The notes beneath the pieces were generated by a model. It did no database searches. It was not told the DNA's origin and saw only the letters and a list, made by a program, of their open reading frames with translations. From assembly GCA_008632985.1 (NCBI GenBank), contig QPGO01000010.1:558001-622000 (forward strand): a stretch of DNA of 64,000 bases. Reading direction: 5' to 3'. The position numbers and the translations under genes are program-made. The first letter of the stretch is position 1; the number at the start of each line of letters is the position of its first letter. Below are positions 1 through 10,259 of the stretch, piece after piece. The stretch comes from Psammoneis japonica. Lineage: Eukaryota.

Positions 1-1810
1 GTGCAAGTTCTGTCATTGTCACATGCTCACATTGCTGCCTGCAAACAAAAGGACCCAGCCAGTGAGCAAACTGCAGTCAATGATGGTGTGGGGGCACAGA
101 CAAGGCACAGCAACAAAATGAGGCATCATGACTTGGTTTGTGCTGCAGATGTTTGCAACAAGAGCTTCCCATGCCCACAGCGTGTTTCAGCACATTTTGT
201 CCTCTCACCCCCTTCTGGAGGAGCCAGCACACACTTGCTGCTCTCTTGCCAAAAATGCAGCTCAGCAAGTCAACTCTGCTCACATGTGCAAACAACTTTT
301 TTCCAAAGATGGCTTTGCTGCAGTTGCTCATTTGCAAGCATGGGGTGGAGCACCAGTTGGGAGAGTTGTCCATTGTTGTTGATCTGCAAGCCTGTTCCAG
401 CTCCAGGTGATCCACGATCCATCATGTGAGGTGCCAGCCAAAAAGTGCATTCAGCACAACAAACTTTTTTAATTTTGATTGTTTCAAAAATGGAAAGGTG
501 AGTGCACATTAAAAAAATTGTGCACGCTCACCCTTCTGAAGTTGGAGTTTGTTGTGCCAAATGCAAAAATGGGACAGCGATGCATCGTGCCCCTTTTTTG
601 GGCACCCCCTGGAGCTAGAGCAGGCCTGCAGCTGCACAAATCCAAAGATTGAAGCCCACTGCCAGCTGCAGATCCCTGCTTTAACTGGCAATTTTTAAGA
701 GCTGGATGTTGTCACTGACAAGAGCCAATCCATTGTTGCTGGTGGCGGTCATTTGGGAAAAAAGAGAACAAAATTTATGGACCACATTTGCCCACTTCAA
801 CCAGCCATTGAGACCAAAAGTGTTTCATTTGATGGAAGACAATTGCTGGTTGTGGCCACAGCACAAACACTCATTGTTGAGCAAATGCAGAACCTTGCCA
901 TTGCCTGGATGTTGATTGCAGCACCACACACTGTGTTGTTGTTGTTGTTGTTGCGAGGGACCATCGCTCTGCAACAAGAACCTTTGCAGGTGAGCAACAC
1001 AGCCTCCCCTCCCCACTGCCACCTCTGCCCTCCCTTGAATCTCTCTGCCCGTCACTTTCTTAAATTTTTTCTGGACATCTTACCCACCTGGGAGGGTTGT
1101 CAGTGCTGTCTTGAACTGCCACATGCTTGCAAGTTGTTGCCAAACATTGCCACGGGGAGGTGAGCACTGGTTTTGCCATCTTTTTTGTGCAGCTCTGGCA
1201 CTTTTCTCTTTCTTCAAACATCGCCACATTGACGACAGAGGAGCTCCTCTCTCCTTCTTTTTTCCATGTGTTGTGCACTTGTCAATGTTGTCAGGTGACA
1301 GCTGTTGACCACACACAACAACTCTCTTGTTTTGATGTTGTCAATGTCTGCAAAATTCAGCAGCAGTCTCTCCACACCATGCCATGGGATCTCTTTTCTC
1401 TCTTTGAGCATGTGCATCATGCCTCTCAAAGCTCTGCACAGCTGCTGGTCATCTGCCCCTTGAAACTCAACACACCCATGTGTTTTTGGACAGCAGATGC
1501 ATTCCTTTGCCCACACAGGCTCAAATTGTCTCTCTAAAATCACTGGTGAAAACGTGTTTGTTCTTGGTCCCCACACCAGCACACACTGGGCTTGTCCAGC
1601 TATCAAATTGCATTTCAATGCAGCATGATTCTCTCGAAGCTTTTCCGAGTCCTTTTTGCACACAATCATGGCAGAGAGGAACTGGTGGACAGCACATGCA
1701 TCATTCATGGTGTCACAATGTCCTCAAGTCGAGAGTGCCGTTCACTTGGCCGAGAGGAAGCCGCGTGTGCAATCCATCCACTGCAATCAGCGTGCGTTTG
1801 AGGCAGTCGA
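1..1810. repeat. Hypermutated, TpA-depleted repeat or degenerate-gene block
   Basis: Almost no TA and few CG dinucleotides, with a strong TG/CA excess. All ORFs are Cys/His-rich and Tyr-free. Normal composition resumes by about 1.95 kb. Confidence 0.7.
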
Positions 1811-2034
1811 TCTAATCAAATCCAAATCACGATGGCACGCTAATGGCACGACATTGAACATGGGCACGCATCCAGCACAAAGCACAATCTACACTGAACA
1901 TTGTTGAACGTTGAACATTGAACCTTCACTGCGGCGGTTGTGGAGTCAGGGGGTCACATTGCCTCTCCTTTGGTTGTTACCGTTGTATTCTGCCTTGATT
2001 TCTACTCCTTGAGCCAATTCTTTCTTTGCTTATC

Positions 2035-2619
2035 ATGCCATCGAAAAGCACGAACAGTCGCGTGCACGTCCTGTCCTTGTTGGACGCTTATGCGGCTACA
2101 CATGAAAAGGGTCAAGCCCATTACAAATCAACACTGTGGAACATTAACAAAGCGCGACGACAAAAGGGACGTGACTCGATACGTGCTGTAGATGTTCGTG
2201 AAGAATTCTATGCCCGCAGAGTGCTTACACAAGAACAGCATGTTTCTGAACCGACGCTTGTAAAAGAAGAGAGCAAGGCTAAAAACGAAGAGAAAGGCTG
2301 CTTTATACTTGTCGATCCACAGGATCTTGCGGCGAAGAAGAAAGAAAATGACACCAACATTGATACGGAACCCTCCAGTACAGGACTACGAAATCGTAAG
2401 AATGTTTCATCAAAAACTGAAAAGGAAGCGTGGACTGTGGAAGAAGAACTGGACGAGGAGGACGCGTTGCTACAGAACGCTAATCCAATTGACTTGTTTG
2501 GAGCACTGCCACCACCCGATCTGAAACTGGCACAGAAGGAGGCTACAGAGACGATTCAAGAATTTGTCGATGCCGCTAATCTTGTAGCTGCAATCTTGGA
2601 AGCTACGAATAAGGGCTGA
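2035..2619 (+). CDS. CCDC115: V-ATPase assembly factor CCDC115/Vma22-like
   Basis: Single-exon ORF with ATG at 2035. The N-terminal helix 'LSLLDAY...LWNINKARRQKG' and C-terminal 'NPIDLFGALPPPDLKLAQ' resemble the Vma22/CCDC115 'DPLxWFG...P..L..AQ' pattern. Confidence 0.65.
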   Translation: MPSKSTNSRVHVLSLLDAYAATHEKGQAHYKSTLWNINKARRQKGRDSIRAVDVREEFYARRVLTQEQHVSEPTLVKEESKAKNEEKGCFILVDPQDLAAKKKENDTNIDTEPSSTGLRNRKNVSSKTEKEAWTVEEELDEEDALLQNANPIDLFGALPPPDLKLAQKEATETIQEFVDAANLVAAILEATNKG

Positions 2620-3028
2620 TGATGATTCTTCGTGCTATTGTACAGCCATCTCTACAGGTATAGCTTTCAAACACTGCTGAAAGTAGCTGTACACCCTAGG
2701 TACTGTAGAAGCCATACCCTCTTAATCATAACTTGCCTTTAAGTCCCGGCAGTGATGGGAAGGTTGGTAATGTGTCCCGAACAAAGGAGTCAGTCGTCCG
2801 CTGTTTTCTGACTTAAAAGAATAAGATCGCCGAAAGAGTAGCTATTTAGATAATTCAGAAGCTACTACTTTTCCTGCATTCGCTCTTCCTTAAACCGTTA
2901 GATCCAAGTTGGTAGCAAGGCTTGAGAACGGCCCCAAATGCAGGCACGTGTCAACTCGCAGGTGGCTTTTTCGTTACCTATGAAATGAAGGTCATTTCAT
3001 CGCGTCTACATAAAATCCGTTCGAGAAG

Positions 3029-4209
3029 CTATTCTGTAATACGCTTGGAAAGGGAGTCTTCACTTGAATTCTCACTGCTGTCATACCATTGCTGAAACCG
3101 CTGTTGTTGTTGATACTCATTTTTCTCAAAGTGGCAATGTGGCATGCTGTTGTAACTAGGATTGTGTTGCGGCATCTCATACGGCAAAGATGGTACATTG
3201 GTCGAATACAGGCCATCATTACATGACACTTCGCGCACAGCCTGTCCTGTTTGTTGTGCTGGCTGGAAGGAATGGCCTGCGTTGGTCCTCGTTACCAGAA
3301 TACCATGATGCGTTCGCATGTATGAAAAGCCACTGTCAATTATGTGCATTTTCTTCAATTGCTTTCGTCGTCTTCGCTGCAAATAGATACATCCGGCTAG
3401 AACGATGGAAATCAGAACAATCGAAATTCCAAAAGCAATAAAACCTTGTTGTGATTTGGCTTGGCGCTGGACACGTAATGCACCGGCTCCCGTCAAAGCG
3501 CAACCCAGCACACGGTCCGTTGTGGAGTTCAGCGGCCGAACCATGCGAATTCTTATATCAGGTGATGCTTGTATATCTTTCTCAGTCGCCACTGTCGGTA
3601 CGGTGTATGTTATGACTGTTTGATAGTCGCCAGGTTCCGGACAGTAGTGTGGTCCATCTTTGGTGTAATCATCATTAGTTGTTGCAAAGTCAAAATCATC
3701 AAATCGCGTGTTCTTTCCCAAGGAACAAAGTTTGACACGGTCATAAACAGGAGAAAACATGCTACCAAAAAATCCCGAATGGATAGTGACGTAGACGTTT
3801 GTCAAGTTGGTGCGATTGATCGTATCTTTGTGCGAAAAGCGAGAAGGTGGAGAAAAAGTGAGCAAGACATATGAGTTTGAGACGCGTTCGATTGATGATG
3901 CGGCATTATAATGCAACTAAGAAGTTCAATAGACTCACAGTAAACATTTAGCTTTGCTTTGTCCCCTTGTTTACATGATGGGCTATCCTCGTACTCTCGC
4001 GAGTATGCACCGTTCGTGTAATAAAACTTGGGACTTGTGCATGTTACAAACACGGACGTGACTGTAATCGCATTCGCACTACATACACTTGTCACCATAT
4101 CTAGTTCTCCAGAATGGAGATTCCTGTCGACAGCTGCAGCTATCCGTTGTCGTTTTTGCATCGTTGTTGACATCTCTTCCTCGCTTTGAGTTTGCTTTAT
4201 CATGGTCAT
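3029..4209 (-). CDS. Uncharacterised single-pass membrane protein with a Cys-containing ectodomain
   Basis: Two exons (4209-3939, 3825-3029) join in frame across a GTGAGT...AG intron at 3938-3826. Transmembrane segment 'FIAFGISIVLISIVLAGCIYL' is followed by RRRRK. The start codon is uncertain. Confidence 0.7.
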
Positions 4210-4499
4210 CACGATGCAAATGGCGAGGACCAGAACTGCTTCACTTCGACGATATGTCCAAGATATGTCGGAATCCTAAATAAATTTACCCGCCAAATTG
4301 GCTTATATAATTACGAGACTCGCCAAATATTATATCATATATTCAAATTTTAATATTTTAATAATGAAAATTATATGCCAAAGACATTTATGTCACTCTT
4401 AAGTTACAGTATATAAATTGTTCGCCAAAGTTCACGGCCGCGCGCCGGTCGAAGAAAAATAATCTCATCATCCTCACAAAGGATCAGTTACAGGCAGTG

Positions 4500-4775
4500 T
4501 GACAGAAACTGAAGGCAAATGGCAAGAATTCAAACAATAACTCCTTACTGCTGTCTAAATAGCAGATGAGTCTCCGCTCAGAGACCGTTACAGGAGCCGA
4601 AAGACGTGTAAGTCGGTATAATCGGGCTACTGTTGTCATTCTTGTGAGCCTTGTGGCTCAAAAGCAAACTGCATCGCGCGCGAACGCGCGGAACTGAAGC
4701 ACACAAAACTGTGCGCGGCAAACTAAACAGCGCGCGATACTTCGCGCGCATCCAAATCCTGTTCAAATCCTGTCA
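4500..4775 (-). repeat. 3' LTR
   Basis: Direct repeat of 9921-10196, with 13 transition mismatches by my manual alignment. Confidence 0.97.
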
Positions 4776-7700
4776 CTCCCCAGTTTGCTTGAGGAGCCAC
4801 AGAAACAGATTCGACTTCGGATGGAATGAAGTTCCAGAACATGAGGGGGCGGAGAAGGTCCCAGATTTGGGAGCAACCCCAATGCTTGCTGAGAATGTCA
4901 GCAGGGTTGCGGGAGCCTTCGATGAAGTGGAACTCAAGGTAACCAGAGGCAATTGCCTCACGCACACGGTGGAACGACAGTGCGGTGTGTCGCTTGTGTA
5001 ACTTGGAGTGCGGGATGGTGGCACTGTCTACAACCGACTTGTTGTCACCGAACATGTAACTGACATTACGGATCGGGACGCCAAGGCAGCGCAGGGTGAT
5101 GCGCAGGTCGACAATCTGCTCAACACAATTCCTTGCGGCAACAAATTCAGACCCGCAGGTTGCAGTCTCCACGGTGGCTTGTTTCTTGGAGAACCAATCA
5201 GCCGGGAATTTGTTGAGGAAGTGGAGCATTCCCATGACAGAGCATCCGGTGAGCATGCAATGGCACAAGTTTGCATCGACGCAGTGGGTGGTAGTGACGA
5301 ACTTGCCAAGGGGCGGTGGAGCGTCCTTCGGGATCATCTCTTCTGCTTCACCACACACGGAATGCATCCATTCACAGGCCGGAGCAGGGAGATCCGAATG
5401 GTCAGGCTCTTCCGTGCGAACGCGGAGAGCACCGTGTCGCATCTTGGAGAGGTGCCCACAGACGCGTTTGGCACGATCCAAGTGGCCTTGACGGGGCGCA
5501 GCTCGGAAGCTAGAGAGTGACATGACGGCCGTGGCAATGTCAATTCGACCAAGGGACACTGCCCATTGGAGTGAACCAACAAGAGACTGGAACTTGTGAA
5601 TGCCATCGGGTCCCAGCAGTTCGGAAGTGTCCAGTTCGGGGTGGTCACCCTTCTCTAGAGGTGACAGGGCGTTGGTGGCAGGTTTCTCCCCAAACAGTCG
5701 GGCGTGGCTGTCGACCATGCGCTCGATGCACTTGCGCGGAGACAGGCACAAGGTTCCGTCGGGGTCCCGGGAAAAGTCGCAACCCAGATGGAACTCAATG
5801 GGTCCCGTGCCCTTGAGCTTGAACTTGCACTTTTCCGTGAGAGTGTCGACGAAAGGTTGAGGGTCCTTCATGGCAATGGCGAGGTCATCCACATAAACGG
5901 CAATGTGTTCACAGTGGTTGCCGTTCCTGCGCATCCAAATGTCGGGTTCAGCGCGGCAGGGGAAGAAGCCTTCAGCTCGCAGGCAGTCGGCGAAGCGTTC
6001 GTGCCAGCAGAGACCGGAGCTGCGCAGTCCACACAGTGCCTTGTGGATGACAAGGATGTGTCCTTCGAGTTTGCCAAATTCGGGTCCAGCTACAATGTAA
6101 AGCTTCTCCTTGGTGGTGGCCTCAAGGTGGGCATTGCCAATGTCGGTGGCCCATGTCTCCAGCTCGTTGAGTTCGGCCAGGAAAATCATCAGCCGAAGGC
6201 CACGAAGGGAGACTACTCCGGAGTGGACACTGTCGACAGGTACGTCCGTGAGGTGCCCGTCGGCTGCGAGTCGTGCCTTGTGGCGACCGTCGTGTTTCAC
6301 GTCGCACACCAGGTGCACTCGGATCTTCTTGTGTCCCGCAGGAGGAGTGGAAGACTTGAAGGGCCCGCAGTCATGGAAGACTTCGTATTCGTCGAGTTGG
6401 TCCATCTCGAGATTAGTTGCGTCTCCCCACTTGCGGTTGCCGCTGCATTCGTCTAGTGACATGGCGTGTTTGCAGTTCCGGGGAACTTCGCATCCGCACT
6501 TGTAGCGAGGTGCAGTGCGGAAGGAGCGAAGCTTGGCTTGGTTGGCCATGCGAAACAGTTTCTTTTGGCGCCTCGCGACAGTGCGGAACCGCTTCCAGCC
6601 ATCCGTGTCGAGGAGTCCGTTCTCTCGTGCATAGATGGCACAGGTGACGGGGTCGTCCTTGGCGATGATGGCAAGAGGCTCGGACGTGATCTCCCCACTT
6701 TCCCATTCAAGCATGATGTTGTAGCTTGAGCCTTTCCAGGTTGGGTCGTGAGGCTTCAGAGGTCCTTCGTGTGACACGATGCGTCGAAATTTCCAAACAG
6801 TGGTGTCTTCGTCTTCTTGCTCAATGTGATTCATGATGTCATTGCAGGCAAGGACTTCCTCGTGTTCGTCATTGTTGACAGAGCAGACGAACTTAGTGAG
6901 CTCGGGATTGCCGTTCACTTTCCATTCGTGGTCTTCGACGGCCTTGACGATGCGAGCTCTGTGGCGTTGTCCGTCCTCTTGTGGCTGCATGAGGAAGGTG
7001 CGTCCAATGATGTCTTGCGGATCGAAAACTGGCATCTTGGGTGTCCTGATCTCCCCATCAGGAGAATCGACGGGGTTGTCGTCATGGCGAGATTTGATGA
7101 TGGGTTCAGGTGGCTCCCCATCAGGAGGATCAAGACGCAGGTTTCGAACAGCAGGATCGGGGGTGGCGGAGTGAACGTTGGACCGGTGGAGGATCTTTTG
7201 AGTCTCGTCAGATGGGATCTTGAAGGTCATCTGGTGGCCAACGTGCTCAGCAATGCCAACGAAGCATCCGCGCAACTCATGGGATTCGGACGGCCAATCG
7301 GAGTCATCGAGGTGGAAGTGCACTGGTTCCCACCAGTGAAAGCGAAGCAATGGGCTGATGTCCGGGGTGGATCCAGTGAGAGTCTCGAGGGGCGTGCGCC
7401 AGTGGAGACGTGGGGATGCTGTGTGGTTGAGTGTGAAGCACACGCACATGAGCGCCAGCAGCCATGTGTGGGCGGGCGAACCAAAACGGTCCATGACAGT
7501 GTTCGCCATGCGCTTCACGGTCTTTTCCGAAATGGCGTCCACATGTGCAGCGGAGTCACCACAGTCAGCAGGAGTCGTGTTGGACAAGTTGACATCACCG
7601 TCACTCCCAAGGTGTTGGTCGTGAAGGTTGGCCGCAACAGACTCATGGCAGTCACTGGCTCGCGGGTTGCGGGGAGGCGGACGAGAGTGCTCAAGGATGA

Positions 7701-8979
7701 TCGCCTTGGAGGAATCGGGCAACGAATCCCAGAGCCGTTGGTGGTCGGGAGGGAGACGTCTCCATTGGACACCGGTGAGGCTGGGACCACGGGTGCAGGC
7801 AGCATTGGCTTGAAGGACGTCAACGTCGCTGTCAATGTCGCAGAACACATCGTCGGACGGTTCCTCGGAGTGGACGTCGTGTGCGCACATGGCGCGTCGG
7901 GGAGCTCGAGGTGTCGTCTTGGGTTGAAACGTGCTGTCGCACTGAGCTGCCGCGGAGAGGAGCAAGCCACAGTGTTGATCGCATGTGAGGCTCTTGCCAC
8001 TCTGCGCACGATGCTGATCAGCTTGGTCCTTGACAGCACGGAGTTCCTCGACAGGGTGCACGGCATTCTCGAGCATGACGCGCTTCTGTCCTTCAGAGAA
8101 GTGGTCACTGGCGGGGATGAGTGCCTCGCACTTGCGCAGCTGATCTTGCCAATGAAGGATGAACCCGTGGGTCGGACCTTTCCAAGTGCCATCACCAAGA
8201 CGTGCGGTGGTGAGGCATGTGAGCAGGGTGGAGGACTCGACAGATGCACGGGTGGAGGCAAGCGCGCATTCAGACAAGGAGCGGCAGACGGTCTGTGCGT
8301 CAGAGGACCCCACATTTTCGCGAATGAGAGCCTTGCCCTTGTCGGTGAGAAGGATGCGTTCGAAGACGGCGAACATGTGCTTTTGCTGTTCAGCAAAGAG
8401 CAGTTTGTCTTCGGGGCTGGTCGGTTTGTACGACGAGTCTAGAATGCACTCGACGTCTTGGGCACGGGCTTGTGCCACAAGTGAGGTGTGCCAAGTGTGC
8501 CACTGCTTGTCGGATTTGAGAGCCATGAAAGCGGTGGGATCACGCTTGATGCCTCGCTTGAAGTCTCGCACCGGGTCGCGTGCCTTGGTCGGGTTGGTGA
8601 CATGTGGAGGTGCAAGGGGTGAGCTGCCGATGGACAGAGAGGACATGCAGTCCGGGCTGAGGCGGCAGGCAAGGAACTCGTCATGCGTGAACAAAGAGGA
8701 GTCGTTGGCAACGTCAAGACCTTTGTGTGCTTTGACAATGCACAGGCTGACCAGTGCTGCTAACATGTTCTTATAACCACGGGGCAAAGGGATCACATTG
8801 GTGCCGTTGTCGCACTCAAGCGAGTCGATTTGGGACGGTGTGAACGTGAACAGTTCCTGATGCGAGTCCGTGCCGTCTTGGGCCAAAGCCAAATGAAGAG
8901 GACTCCCAGCACCTTGGGCAAGCACGGTTCCAACAACGTGCTCGAAACCATCGGTTTGTTGCTGACGAGTGAGAACCAT
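4723..8979 (-). pseudogene. gag-pol polyprotein (gag, C-terminal part of integrase, RT, RNase H); open frame but probably non-functional
   Basis: RT motifs 'DVKHDGRHKARL', 'DIGNAHLEA', 'KALCGL', 'YVDD'. RNase H motifs 'SKKQATVETATCGSEF', 'GDNKSV', 'NPADILSK'. A chromo-like segment 'WKFRRIVSHEG...LEWESGEITSEP' is present. No protease or integrase HHCC/DDE core is visible. Many expected Tyr residues read His or Cys. Confidence 0.9.
4776..4786 (-). other. Polypurine tract
   Basis: The minus strand reads AAACTGGGGAG immediately before the TG of the 3' LTR. Confidence 0.8.
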
Positions 8980-9903
8980 GGCAGACAAAAGTGGTGTCAG
9001 GACAATCAATTCTGGTTGGGAAGCGAAGGTGGACTCGAAACTTGGGTGAGAACAGACTTGACTTGAAACAGACTTGACTTGAAATCTTGAACTGTCTTAA
9101 AATCAGAAGTCGCCGGGCTTTGTCATCCCGTTCGTTGTCAAGTGCTGAACTTCCCATCCGGTCCGTAGAGTTGTGCCGGCACGTCCGAACCCGCAGCTGG
9201 CGGCGCTTTGGGTTGCTTGCGAGCGGAGCAGCGGGTTGCAAACCCCTGCAGGTGAGCTGACCAGAGGTGGACAAGACCCCCGAACCGTTCTCATTTTAAA
9301 TCGGTTGGATTTCCCGATCAGGCTGGCCAGTTGACGCAGGCGTCAGGTGCTGTGGACGAACGAACAAACGCGGGAAAGCACCCTCGCCCCAACGCAGGCT
9401 GCAATCACGGCTGCTTGCTCTCACAGTCGTCCTCGTGGACCTGGTAGAACTGCAGAGCACCAGCAGTCCGGGGTGGATCAGGTGCAATGGACTCGGTGTG
9501 CTTGTAGAGTGGCAGCAAAACCGCAGTCCGAAGAGTGGGTACAGGTTCTTGGCCGTGAAGACATGCATATATGTGTGCATGTCTTCAGCGACGAAGATCC
9601 TTGAATATGTGGGGTTCTTGACCGTTAACCGATGAACAGGTATATCAAGGGATGAGGATCAAGGATAGACTTGGATATGACCGTTGAATGTATGTCTTCA
9701 GCGATCAAAGGTAGCACAATCAAACCAGATGTCCAGCGGTAAGGAGACTTGACGGTGACGTTAACTTCCTGCCGATGCCCTGGCATTGGATGCGCGTAGA
9801 CTTGCCGATGTATGTAGAACATATACGGAGGTCCACGTAGAATTGAAATAGCGTCGTTGGTAAATCAACGACGACGATGGCGGTTGCTCAATGGGTTGAC
9901 AAT

Positions 9904-9920
9904 GAGCAAGACTGTTAATC
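9904..9920 (-). other. Putative primer-binding site complementary to a tRNA-Asn(GUU) anticodon arm
   Basis: The minus strand after the 5' LTR reads GATTAACAGTCTTGCTC. Its complement GACTGTTAATC is an Asn anticodon stem-loop sequence. Confidence 0.55.
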
Positions 9921-10196
9921 TGACAGAAACTGAAGGCAAATGGCAAGAATTCAAACAATAACTCCTTACTGCTGTCTAAATGGCAGATGAGTCTCCGCTC
10001 AGAGACCGTTGCAGGAGCCGAAAGACGTGCAAGTCGGTGTGATCGGGCTGCTGTCATCATTCTTGTGAGCCTTGTGGCTCGAAAGCAAACTACATCGCGC
10101 GCGAACGCGCGGAACTAAAGCACACAAAACTGTGCGCGGTAAACTAAACAGCGCGCGACACTTCGCGCGCATCCAAATCCTGTTCAAATCCTGTCA
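9921..10196 (-). repeat. 5' LTR
   Basis: Direct repeat of 4500-4775, followed by TSD CAGTG. Confidence 0.97.
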
Positions 10197-10259
10197 CAGT
10201 GCGTGGCTCTCTCCACTCTAGAGCCAGCTGCAAGAGCCAGGAGTAGAGTAGAGAGAAAG

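Larger units (their letters stand above)
4500..10196 (-). mobile_element. Ty1/copia LTR retrotransposon (diatom CoDi type), internally deleted and hypermutated
   Basis: 276-bp LTRs at 4500-4775 and 9921-10196 with TGACAG...CTGTCA termini. 5-bp TSD CAGTG at 4495-4499 and 10197-10201. Polypurine tract next to the 3' LTR. Domain order is gag-INT-RT-RNaseH. Confidence 0.97.

Noticed and set aside
1..1900. Many short Cys/His-rich ORFs as metal-binding proteins (also 10.2-11, 39.4-41 and 53-64 kb)
   Set aside because: They are a by-product of TG/CA excess and stop-codon loss, overlap in all frames and show no zinc-finger spacing.
4723..9009. Alternative genetic code reading Cys/His codons as Tyr
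   Set aside because: Neighbouring host genes use Tyr normally, and the LTR comparison shows nucleotide-level change.
4500..10196. Classical fungal RIP or plain 5mC deamination as the cause of LTR divergence
   Set aside because: RIP creates TA and stop codons. Here TA is lost, the ORF stays open and CpG is still abundant in the element.
4500..10196. ADAR-type RNA editing, RT infidelity or DGR-like mutagenesis
   Set aside because: Both A>G and T>C occur on the same strand, the two LTRs carry different changes, only transitions are seen, and non-retro sequences are affected too.
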